Source of the DNA: an uncultured Halieaceae bacterium
GTDB lineage: Bacteria > Pseudomonadota > Gammaproteobacteria > Pseudomonadales > Halieaceae
Assembly: GCA_913057135.1 (NCBI GenBank)
Contig: CAJXNM010000005.1
Span: 14,351 to 78,350, forward strand
Length of the DNA stretch: 64,000 nt
Reading direction: 5' to 3'
Shown: positions 41,251 to 51,000 of the stretch, one piece after another
Position numbering within the stretch: the first letter of the stretch is position 1
How the letters are laid out: each line of letters begins with the position of its first letter
The notes under the pieces: generated by a model
Told to the model about the DNA's origin: nothing
Databases searched by the model: none
Seen by the model: the letters and a program-made list of their open reading frames with translations, nothing else
Position numbers and translations under genes: made by a program

Positions 41251-42339
41251 GTGCACCCAATGACCCGCGTCGATACTGTCTCGTCGGACGATACCATTCA
41301 TTTTGGTTCGGACAACCAGGCGGGGGCCCACCCCGATATCCTCGACGCCCTCATCCGTGCCAATACAGGCGCGGTATCGGGTTACGGCAATGATGCGCTC
41401 ACACAACGTGTCGAGGAACGTATTAATGCCCTGTTCGAACGCGAGTGCATCACCTTTTTGGTAACCACGGGTACCGCAGCCAACGCGCTAGCCCTAAGTG
41501 CTTTGTGCCCACCTTGGGGTGGCATCTATTGCCACAACGGCGCCCACGTCATTAACGATGAAAATACGGCGCCCGAGTTCTTCACCGCCGGTGCACGGCA
41601 AATACCGATCAGTGGCGCCGAGGGGAAACCGGACATTGAAGACCTTAACAGGGCCATTAGCTCCGCTCAGACCCATGGCATCCACAATGTTAAGCCCGCG
41701 GTCATCAGCCTCACCAACGCTACCGAGTGCGGCACGGTGTTTACCCCCAATGAACTGGCATGCTACGGAGACCTCGCAAAGGATCATCACATGGCATTGC
41801 ATGTAGATGGCGCGCGATTCAGCAATGCACTGGTGAGCACCGGGGCCAGCCCTGCAGCACTAACGTGGCAATCGGGCGTCGATGTACTCACTTTTGGTGC
41901 CACAAAAAATGGTGCAATTGCCGCCGAAATGGTGATCTTTTTTAACACTCGCTTCACCGAGGATTTCGCCTACCGTCGCAAACGCAGTGGCCACCTGTGG
42001 TCAAAGCACCGCTTCCTGGCCGCGCAGATTGACGCCTTTTTTCACAACGACTTATGGCTGAAGAATGCTCGGCATGCCAACGCCATGGCAGCTCGGCTCG
42101 CCCGGGGCTTGAGCACAGTAAAGGGCGTTACTCTGCCGTGGCCGGTGGAAGCCAACGAAATATTCGCGATTATGCCCGCGACCCTGATTCAACAGCTGCG
42201 CCAGCGGGGGTTCGAGTTTTACGACTGGCCGGCTACCGAGAACATGGTGCGTTTGGTCACAAGCTTTAACACGGCCGACGACGAGATTGATCATTTTATC
42301 CGCAGCGCCCACCAACTGGCAGGAGGACAGATCCAATGA
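41251..42339 (+). CDS. ltaE: Low-specificity L-threonine aldolase (beta-eliminating lyase family, PLP)
   Basis: FGSDNQAGAHPDIL...YGNDALT...FLVTTGTAANALAL...HVDGARF...TFGATKNG (PLP lysine). The start is either the GTG at 41251 or the ATG at 41260. Confidence 0.8.
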   Translation: MHPMTRVDTVSSDDTIHFGSDNQAGAHPDILDALIRANTGAVSGYGNDALTQRVEERINALFERECITFLVTTGTAANALALSALCPPWGGIYCHNGAHVINDENTAPEFFTAGARQIPISGAEGKPDIEDLNRAISSAQTHGIHNVKPAVISLTNATECGTVFTPNELACYGDLAKDHHMALHVDGARFSNALVSTGASPAALTWQSGVDVLTFGATKNGAIAAEMVIFFNTRFTEDFAYRRKRSGHLWSKHRFLAAQIDAFFHNDLWLKNARHANAMAARLARGLSTVKGVTLPWPVEANEIFAIMPATLIQQLRQRGFEFYDWPATENMVRLVTSFNTADDEIDHFIRSAHQLAGGQIQ

Positions 42340-43511
42340 CTCGCGAACTAGACAGTGATTCGACACTGCACGTTTTTCACCCCTGCATTGATGAAGCTGC
42401 CATTGATGACCTGCATCGAAGACTTTCCCAGACACGCTTTCCCGATGAAGAAACCGTCGATGACTGGCAACAGGGGATACCCCTTAACTACGTACAAGAG
42501 CTCAGTCGTTATTGGCGAGATGATTATGATCCCACGCGCCTGAGCACAGCATTGAATCGCTGGCCCAACTACAAGACCTGTATTCAAGGCACCGACATTC
42601 ACTTTATTCACCAGCGCTCACCCCATACCCAAGCACCTGCACTGCTGCTGACCCACGGCTGGCCGGGCTCGATTCTCGAATTTCGTCACCTTATCGATCG
42701 ACTCAGTAATCCCACCGTATTCGGCGGTAAGCCCGAGGACGCCTTTCATATCGTTGTGCCCTCACTACCTGGTTACGGTTTCTCGGGTAAACCCCGTCGA
42801 CCCGGTACCTCCGTCGGGGTCATTGCCGACATGTGGATTGAACTCATGCAGCGTCTTGGCTACGACACATTTTTAGCCCACGGGGGTGACTGGGGTGCTA
42901 TGGTCAGTCAAGCCATCGCTCTCGCCCCACACACGCCCTGTCAGGGTATTCACATCACATTGCCGGTGGTAGCGCCTGATCCCGACACCCTGTCCAGCCC
43001 GCTACCGGAAGAAGTACGGGCCATGGAAGTCTTTAATTTCTATGAGCAGTGGGATTCGGGTTACGCCAAACAGCAAAGCACTCGCCCCCAGACCTTGGGC
43101 TACGGCCTGGCTGACTCGCCGGTGGGTCAGCTCGCGTGGATCGTCGAGAAATACGCCCAATGGTGCGATTGCGAGCAAAACGCCATTCGCCATCCGGAAA
43201 ACGCTGTCGACCGTGATGAGCTGCTCGATACGGTCACTCTCTATTGGTTAACCAACAGCGGAGCCAGTTCTGCGCGGCTGTATTGGGAAAGCTTCCGAGA
43301 GCCTGATTTGCGCCCTATTGAGCTACCCGTGGGCATTTCACTGTTTCCCCAAGAGATCTTTCGCACCAGTCGACGCTGGGCGGCAAAGCGTTTCACTAAC
43401 TTGATATACTTCAACGACAAGATCGCTTCTGGCGGTCATTTTTCTGCCCTCGAAGTGCCAGAGACCCTCTGCAGTGAAATCGTAGCCTGGCGGCATTCCT
43501 TGTCTAGCTGA
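42336..43511 (+). CDS. Epoxide hydrolase (microsomal-type, N-terminal EHN domain + alpha/beta hydrolase)
   Basis: It shows the EHN pattern (L..L...R.P......W..G, as in DDLHRRLSQTRFPDEETVDDWQQGIPLNYVQEL), then IHFIH...LLLTHGWPGS and GGDWGA. Its ATG overlaps the upstream stop (ATGA). Confidence 0.8.
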   Translation: MTRELDSDSTLHVFHPCIDEAAIDDLHRRLSQTRFPDEETVDDWQQGIPLNYVQELSRYWRDDYDPTRLSTALNRWPNYKTCIQGTDIHFIHQRSPHTQAPALLLTHGWPGSILEFRHLIDRLSNPTVFGGKPEDAFHIVVPSLPGYGFSGKPRRPGTSVGVIADMWIELMQRLGYDTFLAHGGDWGAMVSQAIALAPHTPCQGIHITLPVVAPDPDTLSSPLPEEVRAMEVFNFYEQWDSGYAKQQSTRPQTLGYGLADSPVGQLAWIVEKYAQWCDCEQNAIRHPENAVDRDELLDTVTLYWLTNSGASSARLYWESFREPDLRPIELPVGISLFPQEIFRTSRRWAAKRFTNLIYFNDKIASGGHFSALEVPETLCSEIVAWRHSLSS

Positions 43512-43551
43512 TCACATTAAGCTGCTTTCTGCGTTTATAGGACACACTGTT

Positions 43552-44226
43552 TTGAACGATTTCGACTTCTCGTCCCCCTTCCTAACCGAAGACATCGACA
43601 ACACCAACTCCGAGTATTGGCTGGCGCGACGTGAACTGGCGGCAGCCATGCGCGAACTGATCGAGGCCACCACCGTCAGCGACCTGCCACCTGAAGCAGC
43701 CAAAGCATTTGCCGCAGAAGCGCTTTCAATGGCCACCCGCACAAGGGAGTACCGAGCGCTGCTTGGCGTTATTGAATACGGCAAGGCCCACGGCAGTTTT
43801 GCCATGGCCAACCATGAAATACTCTGTGTCGGTGGTGCCAGTCATCCCATGGCTCCGGGGCTTGAGCATTGGATAGACGGAGACACCATCAAAGGCCGTG
43901 TCAGTTTCAATTGGTCCTATGAAGGGCCTCCCATGCATGCCCACGGGGGCTGGGTAGCGGCCATCTTCGATCATTTTATGGGTATGGCACACATGCGCTC
44001 GGGCGCCCCGGGCATGACTGCTAATCTCAGCGTGAATTATCTGCGTCCCACACCGCTGAATAAGCCCTTAGATTTGCAAGCCTCGGTCAAACCTATCGAC
44101 GAGCGCAAAACCGAAGTACTCGCCGAGATGCATTGTCAGGGTGAAGCCATTGCCACCGCCACAGCACTGTTCATTAAGCCTAAGCACAATGTGTTCATTT
44201 CGACCCCAGTCACTGCTACCACTTGA
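43552..44226 (+). CDS. Hotdog-fold thioesterase (PaaI/YdiI-like)
   Basis: The HAHGGWVAAIFDHFMGMA motif lies in the C-terminal half. The start is a TTG taken from the ORF track and is uncertain. Confidence 0.6.
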   Translation: MNDFDFSSPFLTEDIDNTNSEYWLARRELAAAMRELIEATTVSDLPPEAAKAFAAEALSMATRTREYRALLGVIEYGKAHGSFAMANHEILCVGGASHPMAPGLEHWIDGDTIKGRVSFNWSYEGPPMHAHGGWVAAIFDHFMGMAHMRSGAPGMTANLSVNYLRPTPLNKPLDLQASVKPIDERKTEVLAEMHCQGEAIATATALFIKPKHNVFISTPVTATT

Positions 44227-44255
44227 CATAGCTACGCCTAAACACTACCTTAAAT

Positions 44256-44274
44256 GAGAATGATTATCATTTGA
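44256..44274. promoter_or_regulatory. Fur box candidate
   Basis: GAGAATGATTATCATTTGA matches about 14 of 19 positions of the consensus GATAATGATAATCATTATC. Its core AATGAT-T-ATCATT is a perfect palindrome. It lies 8 nt upstream of the ATG at 44282 and overlaps the RBS/-10 region. Confidence 0.6.
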
Positions 44275-44281
44275 GGTAGTT

Positions 44282-44725
44282 ATGCGACTTCAATTTCTGA
44301 CTGAACAAGAAAAACAGCTCATCAGCAACAACATCGATAGTGCGCAGACTGAATTTCGCGCGGCTTTGAAGGCGGCGCTACAGGCGCAGCGGCAGAGACG
44401 ATATGGCGAGGCCTTCCTGCAAGCGGGTATTGCATTGGAATGCTCGAGGGAGCTGGCTATTCAGCGAAGGGACGCGCCAGCGCTGCAGAGTTACTGCGAC
44501 ACGGCTAGGCTAATACAGGAACTGCTGCAAACACTGGGATTCGATCAGCTACTCGAGCCCTTTGTTGCCGCTTTCAACCGAGATAGCTGCACAATCGGCG
44601 CTGGCAGCAGTGACACAGGGCTGCTACGCTCTCGTCAAAATAATCAACAACCGTGGTTAATCGACAATGCAAAACCTATCTCGTATCGGCGCCGGTGTTA
44701 TCGGCGCACTGGCTTTACTCGCTAG
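44282..44725 (+). CDS. Hypothetical protein (147 aa), no family recognised
   Basis: The ORF has a GAGGTAG Shine-Dalgarno and is predicted helical and soluble. It sits immediately downstream of the Fur box. Confidence 0.5.
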   Translation: MRLQFLTEQEKQLISNNIDSAQTEFRAALKAALQAQRQRRYGEAFLQAGIALECSRELAIQRRDAPALQSYCDTARLIQELLQTLGFDQLLEPFVAAFNRDSCTIGAGSSDTGLLRSRQNNQQPWLIDNAKPISYRRRCYRRTGFTR

Positions 44726-45050
44726 CGTCAATTGGATTGTTAACCCCGCTGGTGCTGCAGCAAGCTTAGGTATGCCCCTGCTTGAAGGCGCTGGACGCAG
44801 TACACAGCTGGGCGACCTGACCGCATTCTTCACAGGTATTGGCGTGCTATGCCTTGTCGGCGCTTGGCAGCGAGCCCCAGCGCAGCTGTACTCTGCAGCG
44901 CTGTTTCTGGGATTAACCGCCGTGTTCAGAACCCTGGCCTGGGCAGTCCATGGGGCCGATTTCGCGTCAGCGGCCATCGTCGCTGAAGTAGTGCTCAGTG
45001 GGCTGCTGGTGCTGTGTGCACGATCTATTTCCGGGGTAACGCAAGCCTGA
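44667..45050 (+). CDS. Small four-helix membrane protein (DUF4345-like)
   Basis: 127 aa with four hydrophobic helices. It overlaps the preceding ORF by 59 nt. Confidence 0.5.
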   Translation: MQNLSRIGAGVIGALALLASVNWIVNPAGAAASLGMPLLEGAGRSTQLGDLTAFFTGIGVLCLVGAWQRAPAQLYSAALFLGLTAVFRTLAWAVHGADFASAAIVAEVVLSGLLVLCARSISGVTQA

Positions 45051-46359
45051 TGTCCCGCTCGGTAGGGCGATTCAAATTGACACGGTTAGCCGCGTCTTGG
45101 CCTGCATCGAGTGCACTGCTGACGCCTCCCGACACACTATTGAGTGCCCGGCCAGCACTTAGCTTTGGATAGCGGCGCTTAAAAAGAGTCGTCAACTCGG
45201 CGTCTTTTTTGGCCATCAAAGCCCGCCCATTCGCGACAGATTCCGCCCACTCGGCTTCCACCGTTTGCCGCGCCTTGCGTAGTCGTGCATTGATACGATC
45301 AACAAAGGCTCGCCGAAACGCAGACACCAACGCGCGATGGTGGTGCCCAGCCAAGCGCTCCCGCCGGTAGGTTTCCGATGACTGGTAGGTATCACAGGCC
45401 CCAAACAGTGCCTGATAAATCAGTTCACTGGTGTAGACCGCCATTGCCACATCAGCAGCGGCTCCGAAATAGGACACATATTCCGAGCTACAACTGAAAC
45501 TGCGGTCAATACCGTGAGCGGTTCTCGCTTGCAATGGCTGACGATGCACAACCGATTCAACACCACAAAATTGGCTGATCGCCCAGGCTACATGCAAGAT
45601 GGGCTTGTAGTTGTCACGCTTGAAGACCGGCACAGTACGCTCCACGACGTGGAGTTTTGGCGAGCCCATGCCGACGTTGTCATCGAGACCATGCTTGGCC
45701 ATAAGCGCTTGTAACTGAATCAGAGCACGCTCTGCTTCATGCTCATTTGAAGTCGTGTCGCTTGATAACTTCCGTAGCGCGGTGATTTTTTTTAACAGTC
45801 GATTCTCGAGACGCGCTGCGGCGCGCTGCCTTTCGTCTTGCGCAAATTCGTCGAGCATGGGGTTCAAAGCGCAGCCCCGAATTAATCGGTATACCCGCTT
45901 AAACATATCCCCGTGGGGCTGATGCTGCCCAGCACCTGGCATCAATGCCACCACGTAGTGCGCCAGCTCGTGAGCTAAGGTCAGCATGAGTGCCTCTTCA
46001 GGGTTTTGTGCCCAACGGCTACCAATAACCGGATCGGCCGCATAACTAGCGTATTCAGCAAATTCACCACCCTGCTCATACTGCTCTATGCCACCGTAAT
46101 TGACGGCCAGCTCTGTGGGTCGACCATCTTCGCTGCGCAAAAAACTGATACCTGACGTACTACGGGTTACTGACAGCAGGTCAACGACGGCACCAAGGCG
46201 AGCTTCCGACAGTTGATACTCGCTGGCAAGCAGTGCCAACAAGTGTCGCGATTGAACCCGCTGTTGGGCATGACTGGGTTTGCGCGCCAGTAGTCGCACC
46301 AATAACGATCGACAAAATTCATAGTGCCAGAGGTCCAAGCCGTCACGAACTTTTTTCAT
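45025..46359 (-). CDS. Hypothetical protein with an SprT-like HExxH metalloprotease motif and a DUF2786-like central region
   Basis: MLTLAHELAHYVV....HGDMFKRV is an SprT/WLM-like zinc site. RKLSSDTTSNEHEAERALIQLQALMAKHGLD resembles DUF2786. Confidence 0.5.
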   Translation of the reverse strand: MKKVRDGLDLWHYEFCRSLLVRLLARKPSHAQQRVQSRHLLALLASEYQLSEARLGAVVDLLSVTRSTSGISFLRSEDGRPTELAVNYGGIEQYEQGGEFAEYASYAADPVIGSRWAQNPEEALMLTLAHELAHYVVALMPGAGQHQPHGDMFKRVYRLIRGCALNPMLDEFAQDERQRAAARLENRLLKKITALRKLSSDTTSNEHEAERALIQLQALMAKHGLDDNVGMGSPKLHVVERTVPVFKRDNYKPILHVAWAISQFCGVESVVHRQPLQARTAHGIDRSFSCSSEYVSYFGAAADVAMAVYTSELIYQALFGACDTYQSSETYRRERLAGHHHRALVSAFRRAFVDRINARLRKARQTVEAEWAESVANGRALMAKKDAELTTLFKRRYPKLSAGRALNSVSGGVSSALDAGQDAANRVNLNRPTERDIRLALPRK

Positions 46360-46606
46360 AAATGCCTTACCAATGCTCTTTGTCGTCAGGGCTCACATTA
46401 AGATCGCTTTACCGGGACAGTCTCAGCCGCCGAATTCAATCTGTGGTCAGACTAGTACATTCAGGGATGCTAGTGTGCTGCTGGTTAGACGTACAGGTCT
46501 TCCGAAGCGACAGATCCGCTCCAGAGCTGGATCACGGTCTAACGCCGACTGCACTGCCGAGAGCAGTCTTGGTAGACTGACGCAACACCACCAAGGAGTC
46601 ATCACC

Positions 46607-47893
46607 ATGTCAGTGCGTTTGATCCAAGTTGCTCTCATCGGCTGGATTTTTGCCGCCGATGCTCACAGTACTGATTTTGATCGACTGGCATTCTACAAAC
46701 ATCTACATGCCAACCCAGAGCTGTCTTTCCAAGAACAAAAGACTGCAGCGCTACTGGCGGAAACCTGGCGCAAAGCGGGCTTTGACGTTACTGAAAACGT
46801 CGGGGGCTTTGGTGTCGTGGGGCTGCTAAGGAACGGTGACGGCACAACTGTTATGTTACGCATGGATACCGATGGCCTGCCGGTGGAAGAGCAAACCGGC
46901 TTAAGTTACGCCAGCACCGCCCGAGCCATAGAGCAAACCGGGCAGGAAGTCAGCGTCATGCACGCCTGTGGCCACGATGTTCACATGACGGTGGGCACGG
47001 AAACCGCACTGGCACTGGCGGAGAGGCGCAACGAGTGGTCTGGTACCTTAATGGTCATTGCACAGCCGGCCGAGGAGCGAGGGGCAGGGGCCCGCGCCAT
47101 GTTGAGCGAGGGCCTCTTTGAACGCTTTGCCAAACCAGACTACAACCTATCGCTGCACACCTTGGCCAATTTACCGGCTGGGCAAATCGGCTATGTGCCT
47201 GGCTGGATGATGGCCAATGTCGACTCCGTCGATATTACGATCAAAGGCATTGGTGGCCATGGTGCCTATCCCCATAATGCGAAGGATCCGATTGTATTGG
47301 CAGCGGCCATCATTATGGATTTACAAACCCTGGTGTCCCGAGACATTCATCCGGTCGAGCCCGGGGTCGTAACGGTGGGCTCCATCCATGCTGGGACCAA
47401 ACACAACATCATCCCAGATCAGGCCAAGCTACAACTGACCGTACGCTCCTATTCTGACGCCACCCGCAACACGTTATTGCAGGGTATTGAACGTATTGCA
47501 CTCAACAATGCCGAGGCACTGGGATTCGGTTCAGACTTGGCACCGGTGGTCACAGTCAAGGATGAGTACACCCCCGCGCTCTGGAATGACCCGGATCTCG
47601 TGGCTAGGGGTGTCGCGGTAATGCGCGAGACCATTGGCGATGACAATGTCGTTGAAGTCAGCAAGGAGATGGGGGGCGAAGATTTCGCACGCTATGGTCG
47701 CACCGAAGACAATATCCCAAGCTTTATGATCCGTGTCGGAGTCGTCCCCGAGGCTAAATGGCAGGCCTATCAAGCGGGCGATATGTCACTGCCCTCACTG
47801 CACTCGCCCTTCTTTGCCCCCGATCCTGACAAGGCGATTGGCACGGGTGTCGCAGCCATGACGGCGATGGCAATCGATCTTCTGCAGCCCTAA
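46607..47893 (+). CDS. M20-family amidohydrolase (hippurate hydrolase/aminoacylase-like), secreted
   Basis: Signal peptide MSVRLIQVALIGWIFAADA, then MHACGHDVH, AQPAEERGAGA and GGEDF. An AAGGAG Shine-Dalgarno precedes the ATG at 46607. Confidence 0.8.
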   Translation: MSVRLIQVALIGWIFAADAHSTDFDRLAFYKHLHANPELSFQEQKTAALLAETWRKAGFDVTENVGGFGVVGLLRNGDGTTVMLRMDTDGLPVEEQTGLSYASTARAIEQTGQEVSVMHACGHDVHMTVGTETALALAERRNEWSGTLMVIAQPAEERGAGARAMLSEGLFERFAKPDYNLSLHTLANLPAGQIGYVPGWMMANVDSVDITIKGIGGHGAYPHNAKDPIVLAAAIIMDLQTLVSRDIHPVEPGVVTVGSIHAGTKHNIIPDQAKLQLTVRSYSDATRNTLLQGIERIALNNAEALGFGSDLAPVVTVKDEYTPALWNDPDLVARGVAVMRETIGDDNVVEVSKEMGGEDFARYGRTEDNIPSFMIRVGVVPEAKWQAYQAGDMSLPSLHSPFFAPDPDKAIGTGVAAMTAMAIDLLQP

Positions 47894-48075
47894 ACACCAC
47901 ATCAATGCCAAGACATCAAACCCACTCACTCGGGGGCAGAGCACTACCGCTCCCGAAGCGTTTGCCCATTGTCGATTAATGCCAACATAAAGCTGCTCGT
48001 CGACGACCTATCGATTGCGGTGTAACAAAAGGCACTCCTATACTCGGCCCGACATCCCCCAAGGACGTCACAATC

Positions 48076-51000
48076 ATGGCCGAAGTTAATCATCGCCTAT
48101 CACGCCTACTTGCACCGACTTCCGTTGCCCTCGTCGGCGCCACAACAAAGCCCAATGTCGCCGGCAACGACATGGTGCTTGAGCTGCAATTATCCAAGTT
48201 CAAAGGCGCCATCTACCCGGTCAATCCACTGTACGAGGAAGTGGAGGGTCTGCCCTGCTACCGCAGCTTGCTCGATCTCCCCGACACACCCGACTTGGTG
48301 GTGCTTGGGGTCAGTAATCAACAGCTTGAGGAACAGGTGCGCGAAGCCATCGACATTGGCGCCGGTGGCCTCGTTATCTTTGGCAGCGCGCTATTACAGG
48401 TGGAAGCTGGCGGCAAGACGCTGCGCCAACGCATTGCCGATATGGCGCGGGAAGCCAATCTGCCAATCGTGGGCGGTAACTGTATGGGGTTCTACAACAT
48501 GGACCACGCGGTGCGCGCCTTCCCTTTCCATAAACCCTACGAATTAAAAGAGGGTGGTGTCACGCTTATCGCCCAGTCGGGGTCGGTACTCACTGCGCTT
48601 CTTTGGAACGACCAAAAGCTGCGATTTAATCTCGCGGTATCCCCAGGGCACGAGCTGGTGACCACAGTTGCTGACTACATGGACTATGCCCTGCATCAGC
48701 CGACGACAACGGTCATTGCTATTTTTCTCGAGGCCGTGCGAGACCCAGAGGCGTTCATAGCCGCCCTGCAGCGGGCTGTTAAGCAACAAATACCCGTGAT
48801 TATTTTGAAGGCTGGGCGCACCCCCGAAGGGGCACAACTTGCCAAGAGCCACTCGGGCGCCATCGCAGGTGATAACGCCGCGTATCAAGCCCTGTTTGAG
48901 CGCTACGGCGTTATCTCCGTGCAATCCCTTGACGAGCTGGCAAGCACCGCTTTACTGCTATCAAGTGGACGACTACCCGCGCAAGGTGGTCTGGCGTCCA
49001 TCTTTGACTCGGGGGGTGAGCGCGAGCTACTGGTTGATCTGGCCCATGACGTCGGTGTACCGATGGCACGCATCGGTGACGACACGGTGGAGGTACTGAA
49101 AGAGAACTTGGATCATGGCCTTGAGCCTATCAACCCACTGGACGCTTGGGGCACCGGCCGTAACTATCAAGCTATTTTCGAAAACTGCTGGCAAGCGCTG
49201 ATGGATGATCCCGATACGGCAATGGGGGTATTCGTCGCTGATTTGACCTCAGGCTTCTATCTGCATGAGTCGTTTGCGCGCATTTGCCGACGGGTAGCAA
49301 GACGTACTCAGAAACCCGTCGCCATGCTGACCAATCACATTGGCACCGATTCGCAAGATTTAGCGACCCGTACCACCGATGCCGGGGTACCCGTGCTCGA
49401 CGGCACACTGACGGGACTAAAAGCCGTCAAACACGCCATGAATTATCGGGACTTCATCAACAGACCAAAGGCAGAGCAACCGCCAACACCTGACCCCGCA
49501 GTCACCCTAAAATGGCGCAATCGGTTAGCCCGTGCCGAGATGCTCACCGAAGCCGAAGGCCTAGACATGCTGACGGATTTCGGCATTCCAACGGCCCCTT
49601 ACGGCTGTGCAAGCAGTCTGAACGAAGCTCAGACCGTTGCGGCGACCATCGGTTACCCTGTGGTCATTAAAACAGCCATGCCAGGCATTTTGCATAAATC
49701 CGATGTCGGTGGTGTTCACGTTAACGTCGCCGATCAAATGGCTCTGGATGCCATTTACCAAGATCTCGACACCCGGCTGGGCCCGGATGTACTGATTGCG
49801 AAAATGGTACCCATCCAACTAGAGCTGGCATTGGGCATTGTCGTTGATCAGCAGTTTGGTCCCGTCATCATGGTCGCCGGTGGCGGGGTGTTTATTGAGA
49901 TCTATAAAGACCGGCGTCTCTGTCTGGCACCGGTCAATAGGGTTGCCGCGGAAGAGATGGTGGATCAACTTGCCATCAAGCCCATACTGGACGGTGCCAG
50001 AGGAAGGCCTGTGCTTGATCGCAACGGGGTGGTCGAAGCCATCATGGCACTCTCATCCCTCGCGACAGCGGTGGGCGACCTGTTGAGTGAGTTCGATGTT
50101 AATCCCCTAGCGGTCACGAGTGAAGGCTGCATTGCCCTCGATGCACTGGCCGTGCCAGCGGCGGTTACCCTGGCCGCATCGGTACAACCCGTCACTACAA
50201 AAAGCCAGCGTAAACGAGCAATGGGGGACACCTTCAATGCCCTGGTACTGCGCCAAGAGGCCGATACCATTAACGCCGAGATCGAAGAACTTGATAATGA
50301 TGACTTGCCACCGGGTGATGTCATCGTCAAGGTCGATTACTCGTCCCTCAACTATAAAGATGGCATGGCCCTGACGGGCAAAGGCAATATTATTCGCAGC
50401 TACCCCATGGTGCCTGGCATCGATTTAGTGGGGTCGGTTCTGGCATCGGATTCAGAGAAATTTCTACCCGGCGACCCGGTTATCCTCACGGGGTGGTCTG
50501 TCGGCGAGCGCTACTGGGGCGGCTTTACTCAACGGCAACGAACCCATGCGGATTGGCTCGTGCGACTGCCCGCAGCCCTCGATGCACGGGATGCCATGGG
50601 CTTGGGGACCGCGGGGTTAACCGCCATGCTGTGTGTTATGGCCATTGAGGAGGGAGGTATTCGTCCCGAGGATGGTCCCGTCGTGGTCACAGGTGCCGCC
50701 GGCGGCGTTGGCAGCGTAGCCGTCGCTTTGTTAGCAGGCCGCGGCTATGAGGTCACCGCCGTCACCGGGCGTGCGGATACACACGATTACCTACAACAAC
50801 TGGGAGCCAGTCGTTTCTTGTCACGTCGAGAGATGACCGACAAAGCTAAGCCCCTAGAGACCGAAACCTGGGCCGCTGCGGTCGATACGGTTGGCTCAAC
50901 CATGCTCACCAAGGTACTGGCCCAAACCCGCTATCGCGGCGTTGTCGCCGCCTGCGGTCTTGCCGGTGGTGCCGGCTTACAAGCGACCGTCATGCCCTTT

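Noticed and set aside
46440-46590. Four GT(N)AGAC-like words (ggtcagac, ggttagac, gtctaac, ggtagac) between the SprT-like gene and the M20 hydrolase, possibly operator sites.
   Set aside because: The words are short and degenerate, irregularly spaced, and do not form a proper closely spaced palindrome. Without statistics or conservation this cannot be told apart from chance.
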